Below, in pieces: positions 36,195 through 49,914 of a DNA stretch of 64,000 bases. The stretch is from Iphione sp. A-MEVVRFRX5 (Eukaryota). The stretch covers positions 31,496,001 to 31,560,000 of the forward strand of contig OZ320314.1 in the NCBI GenBank assembly GCA_976226885.1. Direction: 5' to 3'. A program made the translations under genes and the position numbers. Below the pieces are notes generated by a model that was given only the letters and a program-made list of their open reading frames with translations, searched no databases and was not told the origin of the DNA. Every line of letters begins with the position of its first letter. Positions within the stretch are counted from its first letter, which is position 1.

Positions 36195-38400
36195 TGCTGA
36201 AGCAGTACATTTCAGAGCCCTAGAAATAGTTCCATGTATGAATTTGCTACAACTTTCTTCATTAGGCAACTTGCACAATAGAAGGATACCGCCTACTTCA
36301 AAAGTTCATTTATCATTGAAGTATGGCTTATTAGCATTTCCTTATTGAACGGTCAAATATTTTGATAGGTACTTGTACACAAGAGGATGAAAATGGAAAC
36401 TGTGATAGAAAAGAGCTAAATTGGGATTCTAAAGATTCTAAGAAATACTTTCGAAGGGTTCAAATAAAGCTGACCTCCTTCTTACATTACAATTTTGACG
36501 TTGACAGGTTTCACCTTTCTCATGTTCTGCAAAAATAAAATGAATTCCTATGGTCAGAAGATATTGGCCAAGAGGTGTTTGGAGTGTTATATGAAGTCAA
36601 ATAGGATACTCTGACCTTGACAGAAAACCTTTGATGCACGTAAGTAGTCTGCCATTATTATTATCAACCTTATACAAACCAACGATCAGCACTGTGTTCG
36701 ATGAATATTTATGAAAAAGGAAGAACTGGTTCTGTACAGAGACAGACCAGGCTCTTCCAATTTACTTCCCAAATCAAAAGGAAGCAGCTGTCCAATATCT
36801 CACCATCAAATGTACACCGACAGATACTTAATCGGGATGCGATATATGAGTACTCTTTTATGGACACGTATGAATATGGAATGAATATTTCACCGTATTG
36901 AATTCGCAAACAAACATCAATGAATCCCTCTACGACCATTGGTCCTCGCCTTGATTACATCCCACGTAAAGAAATGCAAATGCTAGATACCCGACTGAGA
37001 GTGCACGCAAATATTTCTAAGCTGAAATCCTCTCTGCATTGGAACACTATAGGGAAATGCTGAGAACTTAATACTCCTGAGGCTGATTTGATAGCAGTGT
37101 GTTTACTTAAAACTATCTGTACATTAATATTCTAAGGCGTCTCAAAGGCATTGTTAGAAAAGCATTTACCATGCCAAATTTTATAAATGTATTGCAGGTA
37201 CTACATCTTTTATGTGTCAAAGAATGAATCGTCAGCTTCACGCATTTTTCTTTTCTTGTAAGGGCATTGTTTTACATGAGGTTGCAGATTTCAGATTTAT
37301 ACACTTCTCTTTGTTTACACATTGAGATCTTCAAGTGAATGGAAAAAAATAATAATAGAAAATTGAAAATGACATGTTACAAAAAGGGAAAGACATTATC
37401 TTTGCTAGAGACTAGATCAGCAGAAGTATCATGGAATGGTCTTGGCTGAATGAGGCCCACTGGCTTTTCCGTGTGTGCGGCACGTTCAGTGTAATAAAAT
37501 ATGATGCTCATCAAAGCTGGTGATTAACTGTCAATTCCGTAAGTCACATGAATGGCATAACAATGGATTTTCTACGGGGACTAAGAAGAATAAATCATTT
37601 CCCACTGATGACTAGGAAATATGTTGTGGTTAATTAAGTTTTTTTATGGAAAATGTTTCCCGGTAATAACTTGAATGTATCATTGATTGAAGTTTACTAG
37701 TGCAAAATGAGCATTCTTCTTGGATAGATGTATACATGTATCAATTATTTCTCGTTATTCTTTATTACAGAGCATAAGTTCATATTATTTGCTCTGACAA
37801 GCACTGCCAAAATGAAGGTAGATTAAAATCCCCTATTCAAAATAGCCTTGAATTGACTTAAGATGTACGTGGTAAAATGTTCCATTTGGGCACATGTTTG
37901 TCATAACCAATAAGCCATGGGGAAGTAACCAAAGACAAATATTCGAAGTCAGGAAAATATTAGTCACACCAAGAGTTTACCATTCTACTTGTGTTATATG
38001 CTACGGGGTTATTATGGCGAAGTCTCTAGAGTTTCAAAACTATCCTGGTTTGATATCAAAATAGTATCTGTGTGATGAAAACCCTTTCGTGACACCATAC
38101 GAGATGGGGGTTTATCAGGATCGCAAACAACACGCTACAAGACAACGCAGCCACGCAAAACGCGCAGAGGGAAACCGGGCCTAGGTGTTCCATTTAATTT
38201 GCTTTTTCTTCTTCATTAATGGTAAAATAATCTCAGAGCTGCATGGCTTTTGCGAGCAAAATTCAAGGGCCCAAGTGTCAGGTGTAATTCTCAAATCAGA
38301 CTGACGGCCGAGACCAGTCTTCATTGACAGTGAGGGCCTGTCTGTAATTTCACTTTTACCACACTTGTTTATGCGCTCCCACCTCGCTGCGTGTTGCAAG

Positions 38401-38460
38401 ATACTGCAGCTTCGAGGAAGCTCTCCTTTGGTCCTCCAACAGACACTTCCACGTTTCTGA
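38401..38460 (+). CDS. Candidate exon, phase 1 start (TAASRKLSFGPPTDTSTFL...)
   Basis: gtgttgcaag acceptor and a plausible peptide. The donor is uncertain: weak gtggag at 38461, or further downstream. Confidence 0.35.
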   Translation: MLQLRGSSPLVLQQTLPRF

Positions 38461-39220
38461 GTGGAGGCGAGCAGCCGGAAATGTACTTCTCGTGTTCCAG
38501 TTCGGATCAAATGTAGGTGAAGAGGTATATTTACACGCCCCATCTACGGAAATAGCTCCAATGGTAAAAGGGAGCTCTGACAGAATCAAAGGCATAATGA
38601 TGGAGAGAAGTCCGACATACACGCACAGACAAATGCTTACGTCTAAAAGGTTTTCTTGTAAACATTCCGTTTGACGGACCTCCCTGTTCCCGATGTAAAA
38701 TTGCTGTATTAAATCGGTCGAATTAATACAGTAGACACTCAGTTAAAGACCTTTTCACAGGGGAGACCACAACTGGGGAGAGACCAAGTATAGCCAGAAC
38801 TAAAAATCCAATCTTAAAAGAAACGTTCTTTACAGGGGAAACTGCCTCTCAGGAGAGACCAAAATCATATTATATATCATATTTTTTGAAGCAATCTGGA
38901 GATTTAAAACCAGAGCGAAAGAACTGAGATTTATTCCATACCTTGCTATTGATATTTTCAAAAAATCACTCGTTTTTCTCGGCCACTATTTTTTGTCCCG
39001 CATTTCACAATATGTATAGACCCGATACTAAGCATACACGAGGCCACATCCGCCTTCTCTGTTCTGAGATGACTTTAGCTGTGATTTATAGAGATTGTTG
39101 TTTTTGTATTCATCTTCATCCTTCTGTGTGTTGTTCTTGCATTTATTAATAAATCCACGTAGCCAGACCATCATAAATCAGAATAGGTAGTCAGTGGTCG
39201 ATCCTTTTTATCTACCTTAG

Positions 39221-39304
39221 GAAAATATTACAACGTGGTGCTGTTCTCGGACAAGAGCAGCATCGCTATACAGTCTTCCGTGCGAAGTGTCGCTTCAGTG
39301 CTAA
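39221..39304 (+). CDS. Candidate exon, phase 1-1 (KYYNVVLFSDKSSIAIQSSVRSVASVL)
   Basis: Good acceptor cctttttatctaccttag, weak donor A|gtgtta. Joins in frame to the exon at 42771. Confidence 0.4.
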   Translation, partial: ENITTWCCSRTRAASLYSLPCEVSLQC

Positions 39305-39474
39305 GTGTTACATATAGCCTGAGTATAAGAGGGTGCACGTGAATCATACCAAAGCCGAGGTGAACCCAACAACATAATATATCTCGAGTCACAGCCCTCT
39401 GACGTTTTATATCTAATCTAACGCAGAGCATCGAGGGACACTGCATTACCATATTCGAGTGAAAGTTTTCTGAT

Positions 39475-39820
39475 GAGGCCTAAAAAAAGTTCTGTGTTTG
39501 TGGTAACAAGCTTTAAAATATTTAGAGGGTTGGTGGGTCGGTGGGGTTTTTCTTATTTTTCTGATTTTATTCTAATGTTAATTCATAATGACAGGAACAA
39601 ATATGTATGACAATATCACCTCTACTGTTCAGATGTTAATGAAACAGGTATCATATGAAAGGCAATCATATAAGGAACATTTTAGTGTATAGCCCATGTC
39701 CCCTATCTTTATTCATTGTAAGGATATTCACACAAGAAGAAAAAACTAAAAACTTCCATTGGTACCAAAATCAGGGTCGGTTGGGTTACCGGAAACACAG
39801 CTTTTTTTTGTTTAGGCCTA
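39475..39820. mobile_element. MITE, AGGCC-terminal family, copy 2
   Basis: Left aggcctaaaaaaagttctgtgtttgtggtaac, right gttaccggaaacacagcttttttttgtttaggcct. Confidence 0.75.
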
Positions 39821-42770
39821 ACGCAAAGTGTTGAAAAGGCAGATTCTTATGAGATCATTATTCAGGTGGCCCGTGGGGAGTATACATGCAAATAGCCAGA
39901 ACGAAAGATATGTAGACACTTTTATGTCGTCCATCCATCATCCTTGTTGTATTACCACTTTATTACATAAGAGTTACTGTCAGGAAGGTCCCAGAGGAAC
40001 ATCTTAGCTGGTTCTGTCCTTTTAGGCGTGTAAACAAGTATTAACAGACCAAACTTAAGCTCACTGTGTCGTTTTGTAGGTGTAAATATTTTCCAAAATA
40101 TCTAAATTTAAAACTACATATTACATATTTACAAATAATGATAACATTTGTTCACCCAATCTCTCCCTCTCTCCTTTTGTATTTCTACACTTGCACGACA
40201 TGACTCTTCATATAATTTCAGCGTCTCATTAACACCAGGCTATAGTTAATAAAGCGAGAATATGTAGATGTATTCTTTCTGAAATCCATATACATGTATA
40301 ACATAGGGAGCTTCTCTTGGCTACGTCAAAATCTACGATACAGGCTTACAGGTTTGGACTTCATTTCCAACATACTATAAACCCCATAAAACACCGTCAG
40401 CGGAACCTTGCAACTGGAGGCACCTTTGGTTCCCCACTGAAAGTGCCCCCCTTTTGAGGATGGCCCCCAATCCTGGATGATACCATGTATAAAACAATAT
40501 TAGGCTGTCCCATCCAAAGGTGTCCATAGTCTACCGGTGTCTCCACTCTTCAGTGTCAATGGTCGGGAAGTTCTACTGTTTCCAACAGTATACACAACGT
40601 GTATCCCCAAACCCTTCCAGGGAATCTGCCAAGGACCGATTTAATCTAACATATAAGCCGGTTTAGCATCATTTTCAAATGATTGGCTCTAAATTTCCAC
40701 CATAACTGAAAATCTAGAATATATGTTGATGACATAAAAAATACGAGACAATGAGGTGGGGATATGGTTGTAACAACTGTTAATTAGAATAATCCGGCAA
40801 GAGGCATTTTCAGACAAATATAAGAACTAGCTCTTATATATCTCTACCTTTAATCCCATCCTCACGAATACTTTAGAAATATACCTATCTGAGAACCAGT
40901 CACTTTTGGTCGCTAAACTGGACGGCCAAATCATGGGCTCCAAGTGACCCTTCAAATGTTAAACAATAGACAAAAAGCGTCCCATCGATGCGTTTTTCTA
41001 CCGCAATAAATATGATCTATTATTTATTCACACTACTCCCTCTACTCCCTGATTGTGCCAACCTCAAGCCCTGCTTTGTTGTACTATTATTTTTTCCCTG
41101 GTGGTGTGTTTTACTCATATAGTATGATTAATATTACACGTGATGTTTTTTTAGTGCGCTGAAAAACCATCAGGTGTAACATTAACCGTGCTGTATGGTT
41201 TAGGGTCTCTGTGTTTATATTGCTTCTTTTTTTCAAATAAAACAAAACTGCTTCTGCTCTTAGCTTGTCATATTTCATCTTTATTCAGACTTTTTGCCAT
41301 ATTCCCTTATATCTGTCTAAGATACGTTATATTCCAACAAAAGGGTATACTTAGTAGGTCTCCTGTAAAGTGATTGACTGCTGGTTCCGTACAGACTGCG
41401 TAGATTTGAATCATGCTCTTGGCTACTTTTCAGATGGAAGGGCTTTGGTAGAATGTACAAAACGTGACACATTGTATATATATAATATATATTGCCTTAT
41501 GCTACTATGTGTATGTACATGGCTAATATTCTTTCAGGAGTTACACTTAAATTAGAACAAGGCTAATCTGTGTTCAATGCATACTGACATGATCTAAGGC
41601 GATTCTGACCAGCTAATCAATGGATTGATTAGATCTTTCTTTTCTGAAGCCAATGTTAAACACAGCAACAAGATTTAGCTAGTAAAAGAGGACAGTTCCA
41701 TATATACCAGGAACAAATAATTTTAGCGTGCTAAAGTGTGAAGAGAATCACATTTTACCTACGCAAAGGTCGTTACTATTTGTTGGTGAAGCTCGTCTCA
41801 AAGCACATTCTTTATAGGACAGCAAGGATATGGAGTAATACTATTTTGATGTATTCTATTTGCATAAACCCCATCTTTTTACAATTCCCCAACATTGTTC
41901 TGATCCTATCACGTTCGGATAACACCAATATGATTTGCAATCCTGCAATGAATGCCAAGTCGCTCTTTCGCAATAATGCCTCTGTGCGAGCTGACCTCAA
42001 CCTGCTTGTGATGGATTTTCTTCTGCATGATGCTTTTCACAGTTCTCATTATACAGGCAGATTACATCCGCTCTGAACAGAAGTGGATAGTTTAAAGGAT
42101 GTAAAGCGGAGGAAACATGGAAACAAAATTGTCTAGTTTGTGTCCATGGCATTGAATATTCTGCAGCTACGTGACATTGTTTGGAATTTTGTATTTCAGG
42201 CTGTAAAAATGAAACCATAACAGAACATTTTACGTTCATGTCTTACGAGTAATAGAATTGCTACCCTACTAGATTAAACCAAATGGGTATATCTGATATC
42301 CCCCCCCCCAAACTGGTTTCCCCTTATCCGTTGAAAGGTTTTACTCTTTTTTCTTCATGTCCCGTGTACATTATGGCATAAACCGCTTTGTATTATGGCA
42401 TAAAGTCCCTTTGCAAACGGTTCATTTTAAACTTTATCGCTGTATTTTAGGTTGTGATGAAACGTGATTTCCTAGAAGTAACACCACTCTTCCCGTGAGA
42501 TAACAGTACATATTTCTCGAACTTTGGTAATTTTTATCATTAAATTAAAGTGGGTTCTTCGAAGGCAAATATTCACACTGTAATTAATCTGACGAAGCGT
42601 AAAACCATGGGTCACTATTCTTCCTTCCGTCAAACAACGCGCTTTTCTCGTAGAACAATATTTTCAAATATATATGTTGTCCTTAAAGGATACTATCCTG
42701 GAGACAAGCGGTAACCAGGGCGAGACAAAAATGTGTACGTAGCTAACCTTAAGATATACCAACATTTCAG

Positions 42771-42976
42771 CGAGCCTTGGAGCTGTTGATGAGGATGCTG
42801 ACGCCACAGCGGAAGATCAGGATGCCATTGACAAAGAAACGGAGTTGCTCAACAACTTGTACGACGTGTTGGGTGAGTGCTCGCGGCAGCGGCTGCGAGC
42901 ATTGCAGATGGGCCTGCGAAAGTTTGCCAACATAGAGGCGAGAATAAGCGTCAAGGAACTACAGGGCGTTTTCCAG
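42771..42976 (+). CDS. Coding exon of an EF-hand-pair protein (C1orf87-like), phase 1-0
   Basis: catttcag acceptor, CAG|gtagag donor. SLGAVDEDADATAEDQDAIDKETELLNNLYDVLGECSRQRLRALQMGLRKFANIEARISVKELQGVFQ. Phase-consistent with the next exon. Confidence 0.85.
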
Positions 42977-43665
42977 GTAGAGTAGAAAGTCCAATCAGCA
43001 CACCCTTAGTTCCATCACAAATTGTGATGCATTCCTATTGAAGGTTTCTGTAATCTGAGGCAAATCGAGACATGAGCGTAGGGTGGATTTCGACTGTGGA
43101 TCCTCGTGCTAATAAATTTACAGTCTGGAACAACCAAGACAATAACTCCTAAGCTGTAAACCCAAATTTACAACAGGCCTGACGTTGCCTCCCTTGAACT
43201 CGTCTCTCCTTGGAGCCTTGCCAACCATCAGAATCTCGAATATGTTGGGAAACCGAAAACGTGTATACTTAAGTTTGAATACAGTTAGTGTTAGTACCAA
43301 ATTATTTCACATTTACAAACGCCACGGCATGTAATGCATTTATTTAGCCTGCTTGAACCCCACTATAATCTGAGTGACGGAAAAGAGCCTCAGAAGGACA
43401 TTTTCCTATACATGTAATAGCTATCCCGCATTGTGTTGCCCTACCTGATTAACTAGACCAGACTAAAAGGTAGATCGAATACAACAGTGTGCCTAATGTC
43501 GATTTTGTCACTGCAAATATGATCGAATTCACACATGATACTCTGACACAGCATCTCATCAAACCTACACGCTTATAATATTTCTAATGACCTTATCGAA
43601 TCAGCAATACTGAGGGGAACATGATCTATTAATCAAGCAAATTTCATCCTCCAATCCATTCCAAG

Positions 43666-43786
43666 GACAATAACGTGAAGATTCCTGCCAGAACCTTCCA
43701 GCTCCTCCAAGAGAAGTTTGAGGATCAACTTGGTGTGGATTATGAAAGAATGTGGCGGTCTCTTGTTGCGGCCCAGGGACGGACTG
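43666..43786 (+). CDS. Coding exon, phase 0-1 (DNNVKIPARTFQLLQEKFEDQLGVDYERMWRSLVAAQGRT)
   Basis: ccattccaag acceptor, G|gtacga donor. Completes a degenerate EF-hand pair. Confidence 0.85.
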
Positions 43787-44384
43787 GTACGATGTGTAAT
43801 GATGTTAAACCTGATAGGTTTACCTGTATAAAATATTGGTACAAGTAGCGCAGGGCCAATGCGACTAATAATGAAATTGAATAAACAAACAGGATTCTTT
43901 AGGTCTATTTGGTTTGTGCTGAAATTAATAATTGCATTCTTCCATTCGATGAAATCATGTTACCAATAAATCACTTTCAAATTTCCATTACTCAGAGTAA
44001 ATGTCTTAATTAACATTCACATTTGCTGTATATTCCGACAATTTCCTGGTTTCAGCCGTGCGCGTTTTGAGTTTTAGTGTTGGCAATGAAACGAGTACTC
44101 TTTTGTTACACTGACTTTTTAAAAAATTCGTTTTGTCCTACTGGACGCCTTATTTGAACGGTTGTTTTATTCCTCCGCGTGTGTCTGTGGCATCCCCCCT
44201 GTTTATCAATGTTTTGGACTGAGTGAAAAACTTCTGTGTAGTTCTTTGTTCCTTCCTTACTGCCCGTGAATATGACTTGGCCATATGTTCGTTCTCCCAC
44301 AGCAACGTTGACATCCCTGCCTCGTAACCCAGAAGTTGTAGCCAAAGTTTTGAAGCTGTCTTTTTTCATCTCTTTCACCTACAG

Positions 44385-44593
44385 GACGCGACAGTGTCAT
44401 GGCTCAGAATTCCGTCAATGACGTCGAGTCGTCCTACCTCACCATGACGCAAGAGGAGAGGGATGCCGACCTACACAGGCGTCTAGTAGCTCAGTTTGCA
44501 CGTGCCAAGGACTCCAAGTTCACCTTGAATGATTTGCGGCTGGCTTTGCAATACCGCGACAAGAATAAAGCGGGCAAATTACCTCGACAAGAC
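44385..44593 (+). CDS. Coding exon, phase 1-0, EF-hand loop DKNKAGKLPRQD
   Basis: tctttcacctacag acceptor, GAC|gtaggt donor. ...LNDLRLALQYRDKNKAGKLPRQD. Confidence 0.9.
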
Positions 44594-45721
44594 GTAGGTA
44601 TTGGTTCAGACGGGAGCGATAAACTGATAAAGATTTTAACTCCGTTTTAGAGTAGTATGTTTCCTTCTTATCTTTAGAGTTACAATTCTCCTTGTTGTTC
44701 CGCGTTTTTATCATCAACCCTCAGTTTTTTTAATCCTCCTGACCAAATTAGAAACATAAAGCCCGAATATAGTTCATTAAGGCATGCTCCGTGCTGTTAT
44801 GATATGATACTTTGCCTATGCGCGCTTTAAACTTTTGTGCTAATTGCCTGAGCACTCAAGTATAAATTTTCAATAAAGCAACTGTCGTACAGTGATTAGA
44901 TTGTGCACAAGCTGGAACAGATCCTTCGGGCAGGATTAAATGAGCATAAAATTAAAGTATATAATCACATTGTTATGCGACACAAGTATACAGGCATGTA
45001 AACGTTGCCCGGCCTTAACCCTCCGTTCAGCAGAGAACGTTTCTACAAATGCTCTGTCAGGGCCGCTAGTTAAACTACGCAGGAATGGCACAAAAATATC
45101 AATGTCCATACCTCTCTTATCCTTATTCAGGGGTTACCATTAGAAAGGTCTGCAACGTTCATCCAAAGGGGAACAGGCCAACTTAAACAATAACCATATC
45201 ACGCATGACCATTTAGCACGTCACCACAAGGGTTATTGATCGATTAAACTTTTAATGCATCCAGAAACCAGAAATGAACATCCAGATACCAGAAATGTGC
45301 TCTAGAATCAACTATTTGTTTTCCACAGATTAAAACGGAATCATAAAATAAAACTGACTTCAAGACGGGCAAGTAGAGGAAACGTACTTCTTTGAATGAA
45401 CAAAAAAAACTGTGCAGTAGAAAAAACTACGACAGTACCAGAAATTATTTCCAACGATTATTTCCCTTGGTCGTAACCAGCGGTGATGTTTCGGAAGTAC
45501 ATGTACATCTTTGTCATTGCTGCTATTGCCAGGTCGTTACTGAGACAGCACGTGACTGGACCTATTTGCAGAGAAGAGTGGTGTTGGCATATAAAGGCTA
45601 TGCAAAGTGAATTGACCAACATAATTCCTAAGATACTCAATACAAATTTCTAAATCATGCATCTAGTTTTGCCTTACAGATCCCGTATTGTGGTGTTCCC
45701 ACGAAAGTGTTCCTTCTTCAG

Positions 45722-45819
45722 GTGTTGGACGTGTGCGGTCAAAAAAACCTGCCGATATACGGTGCGCTACTCACCAGTCTGCTTGGTCGTTGTGATGAAA
45801 TGCAGGATGGAGAAATCAC
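45722..45819 (+). CDS. Coding exon, phase 0-2 (VLDVCGQKNLPIYGALLTSLLGRCDEMQDGEIT)
   Basis: ttccttcttcag acceptor, AC|gtaggt donor. Second EF loop DEMQDGEITWPE spans this exon and the next. Confidence 0.88.
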
Positions 45820-46133
45820 GTAGGTATTTCTGGGAAACATTTTCAAAACTGAGATCATGTTTTGTTACATTTAGGCCTACATGAATGTATCCATAAATTT
45901 AGCAGTTACTCGGGAAAAACTTCTTATTCACCTGCATTATTCACTTATTTCACCAATTCATTATTAAGCAACATGGGGTAACAAGTTCCGTCCTCTTGAA
46001 TTCAATGTTACATCATTATTTTTCATCACTGTTTCAGAGTGTTCCATGTATGTCTTTTTTATATAATACCCAGGATAATGAGGGAGGAATGTATATTTAT
46101 ATATGGGAGTTTACTTTTTCAAATGCCTATATA

Positions 46134-46311
46134 GAGTGGAACCTCTATTTGCGACCACTCCAATTTACGACAATTCTCTATTTGAGACATGGGAGACATC
46201 TGACATGGGAACAAAAGTCTTGACATCTTATATTAACAGTTGTGATCAAAGTCACTATTAAGACCGCACTTGACTGTAACCAAGGGCTGGTCACAAATGG
46301 AGGTTCGACTG
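46134..46311. mobile_element. Short pogo-like MITE
   Basis: Imperfect TIRs (g)agtggaacctctatttgcgacc / ggtcacaaatggaggttcgactg with flanking TA. Confidence 0.65.
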
Positions 46312-46649
46312 TATGTCTTTTGGTAACTGCCATGCAGAGAAACATAGGTGAAGAGGGACACATAGATATTCACAGTTACATGTTTATGCTAGAATTAAAT
46401 ACTATCAGTATAGAAATAGAGAAACATAAAGATTATAAAAATACACATGTTTTCCCTTGGAATCAAGAGTCCACACTATACATTGAGTAAAACAAGGGGA
46501 ACATTACTCCAAAGCAAATGCAGTGGTTACTCCTAAACCAACCACTCAAAAACTGAATTTTCCCAAACCCGAGCAGTTTTGACTGGAACCAATTGTTCTT
46601 CTCTGTTAAAATACTCATATAACCAAACAGTTCAATCTGAAATCCAAAC

Positions 46650-46830
46650 ATTTTTGGCCAATTTTGGCTGACTTCTGCCGATTTTTAGGCAAATCTGGCT
46701 GGTTTTTGTCAAATTTGGCTGGTTTTTGCCGATTTTCAGAAGAATTTGCATAAATTTTGCCGATTTTGGGATAATTTGACTGAGTTTTGCTGATTTTTGG
46801 ATGAATTTCCCTAAATTTTGCCCATTTTTG
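46650..46830. repeat. Degenerate about 11-bp TTTTGGC/TTTTGCC-type tandem repeat
   Basis: Recurring aattttg(g/c)c-like units. Confidence 0.6.
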
Positions 46831-49124
46831 GCTTAAGAATATGATGAATATGTTGAAAAGTGGCCTTAGGCCACAATTCAAAATCTGAATTGCCCAAAAT
46901 CCGAACTGAATTACCTTAAATAGCGATCGTTCGGTTTTTGAGTTTTGACTGTACCTCAGGATGATTTTGAGACAACTGTGGCGAATGCATGGTTTTAGAC
47001 AGCAGTCAAATGCCACTTTACGAATAGACCACTGGGTGGACATAATCAGTTAGCAGACAAAACTAAATTATTTTATTTAATATGATGGTGGATCACAAAG
47101 CAGACATCACCTCCCTCAGGACACTTTCAGATAAGTATTTAAGCCTATCTGTAATGTGCCATTCCATGTGTATGAAAGGAAATTTACACTGAATATATTC
47201 AAATAAAATTGGTCTCGGACTTTAAAGGGTCCATCAAACTTTTGTGTTCCAAGTTATGCCACATCAGCCAGTTTATGAATCAGGTTTTGTCGTACCAAGA
47301 GCTCTCCACTGTCTGAGTATGTGGCGCAATACCCAAACTATAATTCGGCACATATTATTATTGTAACGCCTACTTCGTAAATGCAATGACATAACAAGCA
47401 AGTGCAATTGAGAGGGGTTTATTCAGCAAAGTAGATGTGAACCAAATGAGGTCCCAACCCCAAGTGAATTACTCCCCTGGGAGTGAGTCCTTATATATTC
47501 CTGAGGGCTCCATGGAGGGCCGCAGAGGGCAGCACTCTTCCCTGGGGCATCCTTGTACCACCAGGCACACTCTGCCAGGGGCACTCTGCTAGGTGCACTC
47601 TGCCAGGTGCACTCCACACCTAGGTATCCCTGTGCCGCCCTCCGCCACACTGTGTATACTGCCAAACAATTTGTGGTATTAATTTACTAGCTACGCGAAG
47701 GTGACCTATATTCCTGCAAAAGTCGTCTGCATTTGACAGGCTTCATGTGGTTATCCATTTTCTAAAAGAATTTACTGGGGTTTTGAATGTTTTCACAAGT
47801 ATTGACAAGTAAAATACCACAAACTCTTGCATCTAGCATGTATACGTGGTTTTAGCTATTTATACAAAGTTTACTACTGAAAGGCTGCTCGAGAGGTTCC
47901 TTTGCCAACCATAAATAAAAGGCCCACCGTCATAAAAAAAAAAAAGTAAATAGTGAGATCATGTCCAGCATGCCTGCGCAGATTCGGATCAAGTGCGCGT
48001 CATCCTCATCATTATGGATAATTTAGGAGGTTTTAAGAGGGAACCAATGATTATAATCTAATCTAGCTGTCTCCCATTAGTTAATTCCCTGATTATGAAA
48101 GGAACTCGAGATAATCAAGGCGCCCAGCCTGAAGCGTATCTGAGAAACGAGATGAAAATTCCTTGTAACCGTATAAACTTCTGTAATCACGTTCATGGAA
48201 ATATGTGAGTTGTTATGTGTGACAGGCCACTTTTCAAAAACATCACTTTCAACTAGGCTTTTGATCTTTGATTTTCTTTTGGCGTGGAACCCGGGGGGTC
48301 TGGAAAATTTAAAAAAAGTTAAAACCACCTTATCAAAACGTTTCGGTTTAATATCAAGTCATTGTCTTGCTTAGATATGAAGCTATCTTGTCCACAATGA
48401 AGTTGCTTTCAATATTTCCTGTACACAGGTATCTTAGTTGGCAACACACTTCTCTGTATACGCTAACAATGTGTGTCGAAGTATGCTTCAGTATAACACA
48501 AAGTCCTATCAAAAGAAATGTCGTCGTTAAAACAATTTTTTATTATAGACATTGTTTCGATGAACATTAACGATTGACTGCACACAGACGTAGGTAAAAG
48601 TAAATAAGAAAGGAATTAGTTTCAATTCACATGCGTAGTAACTCTTTCCTGATTCGATTCTATGCAACATGGACACATTTGAATGTTTTCAAAATGTTTC
48701 ACTGACATAAAAAAGGATAGTGACCGAAATATTCTGAGACCATTTCATCGATATTGAAATTCAGTCCTAGGACTTGCATACTCTTGCCTCTATATACAAT
48801 TCATTTCATTCAATCTCTTCCCCCAAACCGAACTTGGATACTGAGTCATTTGATAACAGTAAAACGCCATTAATCACCAGTACCATTCAGTCGAAAATGG
48901 TAATGTAAAGCGACATTTACAGTGATGCAAAAATATTATGTCTTGTAGCAGCAAGCAATCTGTATGATTCATTGATACGATCCATTATGTATAAAGGATA
49001 AGATAACAAAATGGTAATTCATGATATGAATAATTATATAGATTCCAAAATTCGCATAAAGTTCGCAATATCCATCCAGTTCATAGCAGGTATGTCTAGA
49101 TACACATCGTATATATATTTTCAG

Positions 49125-49342
49125 CTGGCCGGAACTGATCTCTTTCCTCGAGCGTGCGCAGGAGGGGGTTAGCCAGGATCCGCTCCTGTCGACGATGGAC
49201 TCGGCGACGCTCCGGCAGTCTCTCGATGGCGGGACGCGGCCGGGCACGGCTGCCCGGTCACTGGCCGGCGGCAAGATTTCCATTATGTCGGCGACGAAAG
49301 TTGCCAAACAGATGGCTAACACAAAGGAACAAGGCAAAAAAG
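49125..49342 (+). CDS. Coding exon, phase 2-1 (WPELISFLERAQEGVSQDPLL...KQMANTKEQGKK)
   Basis: atattttcag acceptor, AAG|gtaccg donor. Phase fits both neighbours. Confidence 0.9.
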
Positions 49343-49585
49343 GTACCGCTTATCTATACAGCTATACGGGTATATACATACGTGTGCGTGCGTGTTTGTA
49401 CTTCTTTATTTTACGTGTTCAATTAAACTGACCTCTTCTGAGCAGGATTATCGCTTCCAGGTTGCAGGTGAAAAGGGGAGACCTACTCTGATGACCCAGG
49501 CTCACTCATGTATTTGTTCACTCTCCCTGGAATTCTGTTAGGAACCTCAAAATTGTGAATAATAATCTGATATCTATTCTTACAG

Positions 49586-49914
49586 TTAAGGCATTTCACC
49601 CCTTCCCCCCTGGATATGACCCTTCAGACTTTAAACGTAGCTCCCATCGGTTGTCTTCAGGACCGACCTCCACAGTCGGAAAAACACCAAAAAGTCCACG
49701 GTCACCCACCAAGACTCCCAAATCTCCCAAGTCGGCTGGACGAGCGGGAAGGACTGCAGGCGGCAGTGGATCTGGAGGGAAGGGGTCGGCGAAGAAAGGC
49801 AAAAAGAAGAAGAAAAAGAAAAGGACGCCGGGGACGACAAGCGGCCGAAGCGATACGGAAGGCGAAACGGACGGCGAGGGTTTGAGTGACGTGGGGGAGC
49901 TGACTGACGGGGAG
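49586..49914 (+). CDS. Coding exon, phase 1-0, basic low-complexity region (KTPKSPRSPTKTPKSPK; KKGKKKKKKKR) with an acidic end
   Basis: tattcttacag acceptor, GAG|gtaggt donor, 329 nt open, GC-rich. Confidence 0.9.

Noticed and set aside
36605-36639. Short exon YSDLDRKPLMH before a strong gtaagt donor
   Set aside because: Joining it to R6 creates TGA and it ends in phase 0 with no clear partner; left unassigned.
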